Assembly: GCA_037442885.1 (NCBI GenBank)
Contig: JBBIPK010000007.1
Location: forward strand, 4,093-68,092
DNA length: 64,000 bases
Reading direction: 5' to 3'
DNA from: Acidobacteriota bacterium
Lineage (GTDB): Bacteria; Acidobacteriota; Terriglobia; Acidiferrales; 2-02-FULL-67-57
Shown: one piece after another, positions 12,349 to 21,662 of the stretch
How positions within the stretch are numbered: the stretch's first letter is position 1
How the letters are laid out: each line of letters begins with the position of its first letter
Notes under the pieces: model-generated
Told to the model about the DNA's origin: nothing
The model's input: the letters and a program-made list of their open reading frames with translations, nothing else
Databases searched by the model: none
Program-made: the position numbers and the translations under genes

Positions 12349-13857
12349 TCAGCGACCTCCCCGGACAAGCGGCTGACTCATAGAACTGCCGAACCCTTTC
12401 TGGGCAAGCAAGCGTCGGGCAACTTCCTGATCGCTCCACGGAATGACGCGGTCGGCCAGGATCTGCTTGCGCTCGTGTCCCTTGCCCGCCACGAGCACCG
12501 TGTCTCCCGGCCGCGCCAGCTCAAACGCCCGCACCATGGCCTCCTCACGCTCGAGACGGATCTCGCACGTTCCCCCCGCCTTCTGCACACCCACCACAAT
12601 GTCGTTGACGATGCGGACGGGGTCTTCCGTGCGCGGGTTGTCATTGGTGAGAATGATCACATCGGCGAGCCGCGCGGCGATTTCCCCCATGACGGGGCGC
12701 TTCGTGCGGTCGCGGTCGCCCCCGCAGCCAAAAACCAAAATCAGCCGCCCCCGCGAAGTCTCCCGGGCCGTCTCGAGCAGCGACTGCAGCGCAAGATCGG
12801 TGTGGGCAAAATCCACTACTACCTCAAAGGGTTGACCGGCTTCAACCCGCTCGAATCGCCCGGGGACGCAGGCCAGCCCCTCCACGCCCGCGCGAATCTC
12901 TTCCAGGCGCACCCCCAACCCCAACGCCGCAGCCGAGGCAGCTAGGATATTGGAGACGTTCGGGCGGCCGACCAGTCGGGACTGGATCGCAACCGTTCCC
13001 GCCGGTGTCGAAAGAACAAACCGGAGGCCGGAGGAGGAAAGCTCCAAGTCCCGGGCGCTGACCTGGGCCGTTGCGTTGAACCCGTAGAGCCAGAGCCGCC
13101 CGCCGGCGGGAGCACCCAGCCGGCGACCGTAGGGATCATCGGCATTCACCGCCACCACCGGCGGCGGTGGTGCGCCCTGGCCCAGGAAGAGCCGCTGCTT
13201 GGCGGCAAAGTAACTCTCGAAGTCGCCGTGGAAGTCGAGGTGGTCGCGGGAGAGGTTGGTGAAGACCGCGGCGGCAAAGGGCAGGCCGTAGACGCGCTCC
13301 AGCGCTAGGCCGTGCGAAGAGACTTCCATTACGGCCCAACCCACGCCAGCATCGCGCCAGTTCGCCAGCAGCGCCTGCAGGTCGAGCGATTCCGGCGTGG
13401 TGTGCGAAGCCGGCTGGACAAGACCCGCCGGCGAGCGGTATTCAACCGTGCCAATCAGACCCACCGACTGGCCGGCCGCGCGCAGGATGGCTTCCAGCAG
13501 ATGCGTGGTCGTGGTCTTGCCGTTCGTGCCCGTCACGCCCACGAGTCGCAGGCTCCGCCCGGGATGCCGATAGAAATTCGCGGCTGCCAGAGCCAGGGCC
13601 TGCCGGGCGGAGGCAACCTGGACCCAGGTGCGGTCAAAACCGGGCGGGGCAGGCCGTTCACTGAGGATGGCCACCGCCCCGCGGGCCAGTGCGCTGGCCA
13701 CAAACTCGTTCCCGTCGGCTTTCTCCCCGCGGACGGCGACAAACAGGTCGCCGGGCGCGACCGCGCGCGAGTCGTAGCGAAGGGAAGCAATCTCGAGATC
13801 GCGGAGTCCAACCGTGGCAACCGGCTCGATACCCTGGAGGATCTCCGTCAAGCGCAT
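12349..13857 (-). CDS. murE: UDP-MurNAc-dipeptide--meso-DAP ligase MurE
   Basis: GTNGKTTT, HTTPE, EVSSH, DNPR (meso-DAP specificity motif), GKGHE. Confidence 0.96.
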   Translation of the reverse strand: MRLTEILQGIEPVATVGLRDLEIASLRYDSRAVAPGDLFVAVRGEKADGNEFVASALARGAVAILSERPAPPGFDRTWVQVASARQALALAAANFYRHPGRSLRLVGVTGTNGKTTTTHLLEAILRAAGQSVGLIGTVEYRSPAGLVQPASHTTPESLDLQALLANWRDAGVGWAVMEVSSHGLALERVYGLPFAAAVFTNLSRDHLDFHGDFESYFAAKQRLFLGQGAPPPPVVAVNADDPYGRRLGAPAGGRLWLYGFNATAQVSARDLELSSSGLRFVLSTPAGTVAIQSRLVGRPNVSNILAASAAALGLGVRLEEIRAGVEGLACVPGRFERVEAGQPFEVVVDFAHTDLALQSLLETARETSRGRLILVFGCGGDRDRTKRPVMGEIAARLADVIILTNDNPRTEDPVRIVNDIVVGVQKAGGTCEIRLEREEAMVRAFELARPGDTVLVAGKGHERKQILADRVIPWSDQEVARRLLAQKGFGSSMSQPLVRGGR

Positions 13858-13900
13858 GGTGCCAAACTCGGCATTATAGTGCCGCTTCGCCTCCGCTCGC

Positions 13901-15985
13901 TCACATCCACGGAGCCGGCGCGCGACCAAACTGCACGCGCACGCGCCCGCGCGGCGGCAGCTGCGTCCCCGCACGCGGGAACTGCTCCACCGCCACCCCC
14001 GTGCCCACCAGCACCACTTCCAAACCCACGCGCGCGGATTCCTCCACTACCTCCCGCACGGATTTGCCCAGGAAGTTCGGTACGGTCACGCGCTGGCTGG
14101 CTTCGAGGATGACGCGGCCCTGCGTCGCCCGCTCCCGGCCGGCGTCTGCTTCCTGTTCCTGCGGTTCTGCCTCCCATTCACTCTGAGTCGCAAACCGGGC
14201 TTCCGAGTTGGCCGCTGCCGTCCTCCAGAGGGAAAATTGTCGCTGCGCGGGGGAAAAATCCCGCACGGCGGCGTATTGGAGGCGAGGTCGCCGCGTCAGT
14301 GGCGGCCCCTTGAGATCCGGGGGAACGTTCAAGTAAGCCAGCGTCTGCTCGACCACACTCTTGAAAACCGGCGCCGCCACCTCGCCGCCGTGGTAGAGCG
14401 GCTGCGGGGAGTCCAGCACCACCAGAACGGTAATGGCGGGTTTGCTGGCGGGTGCAAACCCGACAAAGGAAGCGATGAAATCCGTGGCCGAGTAGGCTCC
14501 GGTTTCATCAATCTTCTCTGCCGTACCGGTCTTGCCGGCGGCGGTGTAGCTGTCGGGCTGGGCGAACACGCCCGTGCCAGCCACCACCGCACCGCGCAGC
14601 ATGGCGCGCAGCCGCTCGGCGGTCTGACGACTGACCACGCGCCGGCGGGTTGAAGGCAGAAGCAAGGAGGTGCCGGGCTTGCTCCCGAACGGAACGATCT
14701 CGCGCAGAATGCGGGGCGCCACCCATTCCCCGCCGTTGGCGATGGCGGAAAAGGCCGCCACCAGTTGCAGCGGCGTGACCGCGATTTCCTGCCCCATCGA
14801 AAGCGCCCCTATGGAGATGCCCGACCAATTCCCCGGCGTGCGCAGCAGCCCGGGGCTTTCGGCCGGCAGCCCGCTGCCGGTAGACTGCCCGAAGCCCCAG
14901 CGCCGCATGTGCGCGTACATCCGCCGGTTGCCCAGCCGCAGACCAAGCTTGATGGCGCCAACGTCGCTGGACTCGTGAATGATTTCGCTGACCGTAAGGT
15001 CGGCGAAGGGCTTGTGGTCGCGGATGAGATGGCCAGCCAGCAGAATGCCGCCGCGCTGGCAGTCGATGACCTCCTGCGGCCAGGTCAAGCGTTCCTCCAG
15101 GGCGGCCGCCACTGTAACCACCTTGAACGTGGAGCCGGGTTCAAACGCCAGGCTGACCGCACGGTTCAGGTGATGAGTGGGTGGAACCGTGGCCGGGTTA
15201 TTCGGATTGAAGGTAGGCCAGTTGGCCAGCGCCAGAACCTCGCCGGTCATCGGGTCGGCGACAACAATGGTTCCCGTGCGGGCTCTGGTCCGGCGGATGG
15301 CTGCGGCCAACTCGCGCTCGGCGATGAACTGGATGGTTTCGTCCAGCGTCAGCACGACACTGGCGCCTTCGGCCGCAGGCCCCGCCGTGCGATGAAAGGG
15401 GCGACGGCGACCATCGGCAAACGCCACCACGCGCTGGGCGGGGCCGCGAATCTCGCCATCGAGTTTGTGCTCGATGCCCGCCAGCCCATCCTCGTCAATC
15501 CCGACGAAGCCCAGGACGTGGGCGGCCAGCTCCCGCTTGGGATAGAAGCGCTTGTTCTCCGGCTGGAAGTAAAGCCCTTTCAGGTTCAACGCCCGGACAC
15601 GCGCCGCCTGCTGCGCGTCGAGCTTGCGCGCGATCCAGACGAAGGAACGCGGGCTGCGGAGTTTTTCCGCCAGTTGGTCGGCCGGCTCTCCCAGGACCGG
15701 AGCCAGCAGGCGGCCAACTAGGTCAGGGTCGGAAACTTCGCCGGGGATGGCGAACAGGGAGTCCACCGTGATGGTGACGGCCAGTTCGCGGCCCTTGCGG
15801 TCATAGATGATGCCGCGCTTGGGACTGACGGTGAGGACGCGCTGCTGCTGCCGCTCGGCGCGAAGGGCGAATTCCCCGTGCTGCAAGAACTGGAGCTGCA
15901 CCAGCCGGACGAGAACGAGCCCCAGCCAGAGAAAGGCAACCGCTCCCAGGCCGACTATGCGTGCACGGGACGTTGCCACTGGCAT
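13901..15985 (-). CDS. ftsI: Class B PBP (FtsI/PBP3) with C-terminal PASTA-like domain
   Basis: SxxK (GSTFK), SSD, KTGT; C-terminal VPNFLGKS...VAVEQFPRAG. Confidence 0.93.
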   Translation of the reverse strand: MPVATSRARIVGLGAVAFLWLGLVLVRLVQLQFLQHGEFALRAERQQQRVLTVSPKRGIIYDRKGRELAVTITVDSLFAIPGEVSDPDLVGRLLAPVLGEPADQLAEKLRSPRSFVWIARKLDAQQAARVRALNLKGLYFQPENKRFYPKRELAAHVLGFVGIDEDGLAGIEHKLDGEIRGPAQRVVAFADGRRRPFHRTAGPAAEGASVVLTLDETIQFIAERELAAAIRRTRARTGTIVVADPMTGEVLALANWPTFNPNNPATVPPTHHLNRAVSLAFEPGSTFKVVTVAAALEERLTWPQEVIDCQRGGILLAGHLIRDHKPFADLTVSEIIHESSDVGAIKLGLRLGNRRMYAHMRRWGFGQSTGSGLPAESPGLLRTPGNWSGISIGALSMGQEIAVTPLQLVAAFSAIANGGEWVAPRILREIVPFGSKPGTSLLLPSTRRRVVSRQTAERLRAMLRGAVVAGTGVFAQPDSYTAAGKTGTAEKIDETGAYSATDFIASFVGFAPASKPAITVLVVLDSPQPLYHGGEVAAPVFKSVVEQTLAYLNVPPDLKGPPLTRRPRLQYAAVRDFSPAQRQFSLWRTAAANSEARFATQSEWEAEPQEQEADAGRERATQGRVILEASQRVTVPNFLGKSVREVVEESARVGLEVVLVGTGVAVEQFPRAGTQLPPRGRVRVQFGRAPAPWM

Positions 15986-16199
15986 CGAGGTTCCTGGCGG
16001 CTCGCCCCCCGGCTCACCCCGGTAGTAGAATTACTATGAGTGCAGCCCCGACCCGGTGGGGACGGGCCGGAGCTGTCCTTCGAGCGGGCCCCGTGGGGTA
16101 CGGGGCTGTCCCGATGGGGTCGGGACTGGTCCGGGTGCAGCGTCAAGAAGGCTGTGGAGCTCAGCATCCAATGAGACCGGCCAACCCGACCCCCTTTCA

Positions 16200-16613
16200 T
16201 TAGTCCGTAACCGAAACTTGTGTGGCAGGCAGCCGCCGCGCCCAGACCGGTTCCGGGCGGGCAGCCGCCGGAGTTCCAACCGGGATCCACTGCCCCGATT
16301 CCGGCGCCCCCAGCCCCAACCGCGCGCGCGCCAGCGTGTCAATCCGCATGGGGTCGCGCAGGCTGGCCTGCTCCAGCCGCAGCGTGCGGTTCCATTCCCG
16401 CGCCGCCTCGAACTGGGCGCGCAGCTCCTCCAGCCGGTAGCCGGTATCGAGATAGCGAAAGTGCTGCCCGGCGCAGAGTAAAGCCACCAGCAGGCAGATG
16501 CCCGCCACCGCCAGCAGCGGGGCCGCCTCGCGCAGCCGCTCGCGGTGGCGCTGGCGCACGAGCCGGGAATTGTCAATCCGCTTGACCCAGTAGATGTGGG
16601 CAGGGCGAGCCAT
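16200..16613 (-). CDS. ftsL: Cell division protein FtsL
   Basis: Short protein with one TM then a coiled coil (LRLEQASLRDPMRIDTLAR), between rsmH and ftsI. Confidence 0.85.
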   Translation of the reverse strand: MARPAHIYWVKRIDNSRLVRQRHRERLREAAPLLAVAGICLLVALLCAGQHFRYLDTGYRLEELRAQFEAAREWNRTLRLEQASLRDPMRIDTLARARLGLGAPESGQWIPVGTPAAARPEPVWARRLPATQVSVTD

Positions 16614-17491
16614 CAGTTCTGAGCCACCTTTTCGGCGGCGCGCAGCTTGGCGCTGCGCGCGCGGGGATTGGCGCGAGTCTCGGCCGCCTCGGGTCGCACG
16701 GGTTTGGGCGTCAACAGCCGCAACGTGCCGGCGACCGCGCCGACGCGAAACGCCTGCTTCACCAGCCGGTCTTCCAGCGAGTGGTAGGAAAGCACCACCA
16801 CCCGCCCGCCCAGCTTGATTGTGGTGGGGACCCGACGGAGAAACTGCTCGAGCTCCTCCAGCTCTCGATTCACCGCAATCCGCAGCGCCAGAAACGTTCT
16901 TGTTGCGGGATGCAGTTTCTGCCTTCCCTTGTGTTGGGTCCCCACCACAACTTGTGCCAGGTGCCGCGTGTCGCGGATGGGCCGCGCGCGCACGATGGCG
17001 CGGGCAATCCGCCGCGCCGCGCGCTCCTCGCCGTAGCGCAGCAGAATCTCGGCCAACTCTCCCTCCGGCAAATGGTTGACGAGGTCGGCGGCGGTCACCG
17101 CCTCCGTCGGGCTCATGCGCATGTCCAGCGGGCCCGCCTGCTGAAACGAAAAGCCTCGCTCCGGAGCGTCCAATTGCAACGAGGAGACCCCCAGGTCGGC
17201 CAGCAGGCCGTCCACCGGGCCTAGGCTCAGCCGTTCGCAGATTTCCTCCAGGCGCGCGAAAGTCCCGGCGACGAGCGTGACCTTCGCCCCATACGGTCGC
17301 AGCCGCTCCTGAGCCAGTTCCAGTGCCATCGGGTCTCGGTCCACTCCAATCAATCTACCGGTGGTGAGCCGGGCCAAAATCGCCTCGGCATGGCCGCCCG
17401 TGCCCACCGTGGCATCCAGGTAGACGCCCCCGGGCTGCACGGCCAGGTAGTGCAAGACTTCCGCAACCATAACCGGCGTATGCCATCTCAC
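16613..17491 (-). CDS. rsmH: 16S rRNA m4C1402 methyltransferase RsmH (MraW)
   Basis: HTPVM, DATVGTGGHA, DLGVSSLQLD, YHSLEDR, NPRARSAKLR. Confidence 0.97.
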   Translation of the reverse strand: MRWHTPVMVAEVLHYLAVQPGGVYLDATVGTGGHAEAILARLTTGRLIGVDRDPMALELAQERLRPYGAKVTLVAGTFARLEEICERLSLGPVDGLLADLGVSSLQLDAPERGFSFQQAGPLDMRMSPTEAVTAADLVNHLPEGELAEILLRYGEERAARRIARAIVRARPIRDTRHLAQVVVGTQHKGRQKLHPATRTFLALRIAVNRELEELEQFLRRVPTTIKLGGRVVVLSYHSLEDRLVKQAFRVGAVAGTLRLLTPKPVRPEAAETRANPRARSAKLRAAEKVAQN

Positions 17492-17931
17492 TACACGCCC
17501 AGCTCATCCAGAATCTTCTCGTCATCCGGCGTAATCGGGTTCTTCTTGATCTCTTCGAGGAACCGCTGGTGGTTCCAGACATCGAGGTAGGTGAGCGAGC
17601 CGAGCACGTCCACCTCGCCCCGCATCGCCGCGGCCTCGCGCAGCAGCGAGGGAATCAGCAGGCGTCCCTGTTTGTCGAGTTTCACCTGCTGCCCGTAGTA
17701 GTTGACCCGGTTCAGGAATTTTTTCTTGGCGCGATTCGTAGAAGAGACGCGAGCGAGGCGCGCTTCGATCTGGCTCCATTCCTCCAGCGGCCAGAGGCGC
17801 ACGAATTCGCCGTTCAAACTGGTCACGAAAAAATCTCCCGCATAGTTTTCCCGCAATACCCCCAGAAACGCCTGCGGAATCTTCAACCGGCCCTTCTCGT
17901 CCACGCGCGCCGGATAGTTCCCCCGCAGCAT
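17491..17931 (-). CDS. mraZ: Transcriptional regulator MraZ
   Basis: Twin DxKGR motifs (VDEKGRL, LDKQGRL); first gene of dcw. Confidence 0.96.
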   Translation of the reverse strand: MLRGNYPARVDEKGRLKIPQAFLGVLRENYAGDFFVTSLNGEFVRLWPLEEWSQIEARLARVSSTNRAKKKFLNRVNYYGQQVKLDKQGRLLIPSLLREAAAMRGEVDVLGSLTYLDVWNHQRFLEEIKKNPITPDDEKILDELGV

Positions 17932-18087
17932 CGCTTCTCGCTTGCCTCCGCGCCGCAGCGCGTCGTACCGGGAACGTGAAGGTGGGCCGTCAGACCTTCG
18001 ACATCACCGCGACAACGGTGCCCGAGGCGATAAGCCTCCCCTGCATCGCCTCAGCTAGTGGTGGCCCAACCACGTTTCCCCCACCCT

Positions 18088-18131
18088 CCACAAACTCACA
18101 CTGAAAGCCACTTCTTTCCACTTCGCGCCAC
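18088..18131 (-). promoter_or_regulatory. Putative MraZ operator: five GTGG-type boxes at 10-bp periodicity
   Basis: Plus-strand CCAC at 18088, 18108, 18118 and 18128, and ACAC at 18098; resembles the periodic GTG(G) repeats bound by MraZ in other bacteria. Confidence 0.75.
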
Positions 18132-18160
18132 CTTATAGGTTCGCATCTTTCTCGTGTCAA
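18132..18160 (-). promoter_or_regulatory. sigma70-type promoter of the dcw operon
   Basis: TTGACA (18160-18155), 17-nt spacer, TATAAG (18137-18132). Confidence 0.8.
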
Positions 18161-18270
18161 GGGAAAAATGAACGTTCGGCAAAAAATTTTTCGTCTGCTG
18201 CTTTCGCCTTGTATTCGCTAGAAAAGACTGCTGCCGCTGCGCGAAGTGTCGTCGAGAGCAGAGAGGAGGC

Positions 18271-18933
18271 TTAGAGGGGGGGCGTTTCTGCGGGTTCTTC
18301 CATCTGTCGCAGGAGCGGCGCAAGCCGAATGACGCCACGCAGCAAAGCGCGCTCCTCTTCGGTAAGGGCGCCGAGGAATTCAGGGTCTTGGAGCAGCCGA
18401 CGTCGCTCTTCTGGCGGCGCGTTGCGGAGACGCTGCGCGCGGTCGCGGATGAGCGCGCGGCGGTCAGGCGACAACTGCTGCCAGCCGTAGAAAATCCGGC
18501 GCGCTTCCTCCCGCTGCTCTGGGGTCAGCTCGGCGAACATGCGCGCGCGCCGCCGGAGTTGCTGGCGCTGCTCGGGCGTCATCTCCTCCAGCCGCTCCAT
18601 CCGTTCCACCATCAGCCGCTGCTGCTCGGGCGGCAGGCTGTTGAACCAGTGCAGCCGCTCGCGCAGACGTTCCTGCTGTTCGGGCGGGAGGCGGCGGAAG
18701 CGGTCGTCGGTTTCGAGGGCACGCAGCCGCTGCTCGGGCGGCAACTGCTGCAGACGCTCGAACAGCCGCACCATCCGCGCCTCGCGCCTCGGAGCCGGCC
18801 GCTCCACGCCAGGACGCCGCTGTGGCCCCGGTCCAGGGCCGCGGCGCTGACGCATCTGCGCGCCCGCATCCGGCGGCAGCAGTGCGAGGGCGGCCGCAAG
18901 CGCAGCGAAGATAGCCAGGGCTCTTGTCTTCAC
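18271..18933 (-). CDS. Secreted helical repeat protein (DUF3106-like)
   Basis: GTG start with signal peptide (MKTRALAIFAALAAAL...AGAQ); repeated LPPEQ/LTPEQ motifs. Confidence 0.8.
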   Translation of the reverse strand: MKTRALAIFAALAAALALLPPDAGAQMRQRRGPGPGPQRRPGVERPAPRREARMVRLFERLQQLPPEQRLRALETDDRFRRLPPEQQERLRERLHWFNSLPPEQQRLMVERMERLEEMTPEQRQQLRRRARMFAELTPEQREEARRIFYGWQQLSPDRRALIRDRAQRLRNAPPEERRRLLQDPEFLGALTEEERALLRGVIRLAPLLRQMEEPAETPPL

Positions 18934-18940
18934 GAATGCC

Positions 18941-19435
18941 TCACGTTCCCTGCTTCTTGTCCGGCGGCTTCTTCTCCGCCGGCGGCTCGAAGAGCAGATC
19001 GAAGTCGCGCAGCAAGTCGTAGTTTTCGAGCACCACCGGCTCGACCAGAGCCATCTCCTCGGCGGTTTCTTCAGGCGTTTGGGTGATTTCCGCGGGCGAG
19101 CCGCTCGGCTCCGGTGCGGGTGGCTGCACGATAATGACCAGGAGTACGGCCGCCGCCACGGCCAAGGCCCCGGCATACGCCCAACTCCAGCTTCCGCTGC
19201 GTCCCACGCTGGCGGATTCGGCTTCAATCCGCTGGCGCACGGCGGCCGGGAAACCCGGCGAAACATCTGCCCCGCGCCACTCATCCAGCACGCCCAGCAG
19301 GCCGCGCAGGTCCTCGATGCGGGTGCGACACTCGGCGCAGGCGGCCAGATGCCGCTCGACCGCTTCCTGTTCCTCCCGGGCGAGCCGTCCGTCCAGGTAG
19401 GGCACCACCTGCTCTTCCCTCAGATGTCCGTCCAT
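18941..19435 (-). CDS. Zinc-binding anti-sigma factor (zf-HC2) with TM helix
   Basis: HLAACAEC (HxxxCxxC), one TM, downstream of the ECF sigma; RBS GGAGAGG before MDGHL. Confidence 0.88.
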   Translation of the reverse strand: MDGHLREEQVVPYLDGRLAREEQEAVERHLAACAECRTRIEDLRGLLGVLDEWRGADVSPGFPAAVRQRIEAESASVGRSGSWSWAYAGALAVAAAVLLVIIVQPPAPEPSGSPAEITQTPEETAEEMALVEPVVLENYDLLRDFDLLFEPPAEKKPPDKKQGT

Positions 19436-19460
19436 CGCGCTTTCCTCTCCGTTTTCCGGT

Positions 19461-20081
19461 TCACGCTTCCCGATTCGCGACAAATGGCTTCAGCCGTATC
19501 CGCAGCGCCTCATAGGCGCGAAACAGCAGCGACTTCAACGCGCTCTCCGAGCAGTCCAGAATGTCTGCGATCTCTCGGTAGTCGAGCTCCTGATACTTGT
19601 GCAGGAGCACCGCCAGCCGTTGCTTTTCCGGCAACTCTTCGACCGCTTGGCGGATGACGGCCAGCCGCTCGCGTTCCATCAGGTATTGCTCCATCGTTGG
19701 CCTCGCATCTGCTACATCGGCCAGCCGCTCATGCTCCTCGCCCGCGGCCTCGTTCCGCTTCGGGTTCCCCGCGGCGTCGCTCCCGGCGGGAACCTCCCGC
19801 GCGCGGCGGAGGCGGCCGTCGCGCAGGCTGTTGAGCGCCACGTTGGTGGCAATCTTGAACAGCCAGGTGGAGAACTTGGCTCGCGGTTTGTACGAACTCC
19901 GCGCGCGATATACGCGCAGGAAAACTTCCTGCGCCAATTCTTCGGCCGTGGCCGCGTCGTGCACCATCCGATAGAGGAAGTGGACGAGCGGAGTGCGGTA
20001 GCGCTCGACCAAAGGCGTAAGCGCATCGGCGTCGCCTGCTTTGACACGCAGCATCTGCTGCTCATCACTCTCCGCCGCCAT
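19461..20081 (-). CDS. ECF RNA polymerase sigma factor
   Basis: AEELAQEVFLRVYR, FSTWLFKIATN, region 4 YREIADIL...ALKSLLFRA. Confidence 0.93.
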   Translation of the reverse strand: MAAESDEQQMLRVKAGDADALTPLVERYRTPLVHFLYRMVHDAATAEELAQEVFLRVYRARSSYKPRAKFSTWLFKIATNVALNSLRDGRLRRAREVPAGSDAAGNPKRNEAAGEEHERLADVADARPTMEQYLMERERLAVIRQAVEELPEKQRLAVLLHKYQELDYREIADILDCSESALKSLLFRAYEALRIRLKPFVANREA

Positions 20082-20128
20082 GTCCTCCCCTTCTATCTAA
20101 CCCCTTCTTCTCCGAAAGGTTGCGCCCT

Positions 20129-20862
20129 TCACGTCAGCACGCGCTGGCGCTCGCCCGGGGCCAGCTTTTCGCAAGCATAGCGCAGGACGAGCCGGGGCGC
20201 ATCGTGCTTGACACTCAGCAGAAAGCGCGCGACCTCTGCCGGCCGCGCCTTCGAGGCCTCCTTGAGCAGCCAGCCCACGCCCTTCTGCACCATTTCGTCC
20301 GAATCCCGATAGAGCCGTCGCGCTAGGCGGAAGACTGCAGTTGCGTAGAAGCCGCGGCGCGCGGCGGGGATCAGGCTGGTGGCGGCCGCCCGCCGATACC
20401 AGCGGTTCCGCGATCGCGCCCAGCAAAACACCCGCTGCACGCGTTTTCTGTCCGCCAGAAGTTGTGGCCCCAGGACGTTGACGCTCAGGCCATCGTTGGT
20501 GGCCCAGTCGGAGGTGTATCGCAGCCAGCGCTCCCTGCGGCGAAACTCGGCCTCGCCGAAGCGCCGCACAAAACTTTCCGCTGCGTAGATGCCTGCTGCT
20601 CTGTCCTCCAACCAGCGGCTGGCCAGCAGTGCCTCGGAAAAACGGATAACGTCCCGGTCGGTGCCGTTCTGCCGCAAGGCGCGTTTGGGGCGCGCGCCGC
20701 AATGCGGCGGACGTCGGTAGCGCGCACGCCGCGCGCGTGGATCTTCTCGTCCGGCTTGAAAAATCTTTTCGTCTGCGCCGCCACCGCCGAGCGTCCGCCC
20801 CGCTGCAATTCCCTCTGAACCCAATGAGCTAGCTTTTCCATTTTCCATTTGTCATCTGTCAT
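20129..20862 (-). pseudogene. DNA alkylation repair (AlkD-like) protein split by a -1 frameshift near 20683-20690
   Basis: N-terminal half in ORF 20485..20862 (QTKRFFK...GVRATDVRRIA); C-terminal half in ORF 20129..20848 (DWATNDGL, WYRRAA, EMVQKGVGWLLKE). Confidence 0.75.
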
Positions 20863-20883
20863 TAGTTCATTGGCCCTTGGTCA

Positions 20884-21612
20884 TCACACGCCAAACAGAT
20901 ACTTCAGGCCGAGCATGGAGGCGACGCCGACGAACACCCAGAGCGGCATCAGCACGCCCGGCTCGCGGTTGACCTCGGGCATGAGGTCGGAGGCGGCCAC
21001 GTAGAGCGTGGCACCGGCCGCCAGCGCCAATCCCCAACTCACTTCGGCCCGCAACAGCCACATCGCCGCCACGCCGAGCAGAGTCGAGATGCCGAGCAGA
21101 ACGGTGGCCCAGACAGCCGTGCGCTGCCGGTAGCCGCTGGCCAGCAGCAGCGAGGCGACGGTAAAGCCGTCAGGGATCTTGTGGAGGAAGATGGCGAGAA
21201 AGATGACGCCGCCGAGCCAGTTGGAGATGACGAAGCCAGCAGCGATGGCGACGCCGTCGAAGAAAGTGTGGATGACCATGCCCAGCACCGCCGCGTAACC
21301 GACACCTGGGCGTGCCATCTCCTCCGGGTGAATCTCCTCGCCGAAGTGGAAGTGCGGGCTGATGGTGTGCTCGAAGAAATGCACAATCAGATAGCCGACC
21401 AGCACAAACGCGAGCGCAAGCCTGCCCGCGCCGGCAACGCTTTCCGGCACCATCTCGAGCAGGGCCGTGGCCAGCATGAAGCCGGAGCCGAGCGCGATGA
21501 AATACTTCAGGTAAATCCGCTTCCAATTGCCCTCGGTGACGATAAAGCCGCCCAGCACGTTCGCCACCGCCGCCGTCAGCCCCAGCAGAAAACTCCACGC
21601 CACCGCGCTCAC
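20884..21612 (-). CDS. ZIP family metal transporter
   Basis: HTFFDGVAIA, HKIPDG, His-rich loop PHFHFGE. Confidence 0.92.
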   Translation of the reverse strand: MSAVAWSFLLGLTAAVANVLGGFIVTEGNWKRIYLKYFIALGSGFMLATALLEMVPESVAGAGRLALAFVLVGYLIVHFFEHTISPHFHFGEEIHPEEMARPGVGYAAVLGMVIHTFFDGVAIAAGFVISNWLGGVIFLAIFLHKIPDGFTVASLLLASGYRQRTAVWATVLLGISTLLGVAAMWLLRAEVSWGLALAAGATLYVAASDLMPEVNREPGVLMPLWVFVGVASMLGLKYLFGV

Positions 21613-21662
21613 GTCCGACTCCAGTTCACTGTGCCCCCAGTGTGTTTGCCATTTGTCATTTT

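Noticed and set aside
17935-18130. RNase P RNA or actinobacterial mraW RNA motif upstream of mraZ
   Set aside because: No GAGGAAAGUCC-type RNase P signature and too short; the loop reads GGGGAGG on the mRNA strand rather than CUUCCCC as I recall for that motif.
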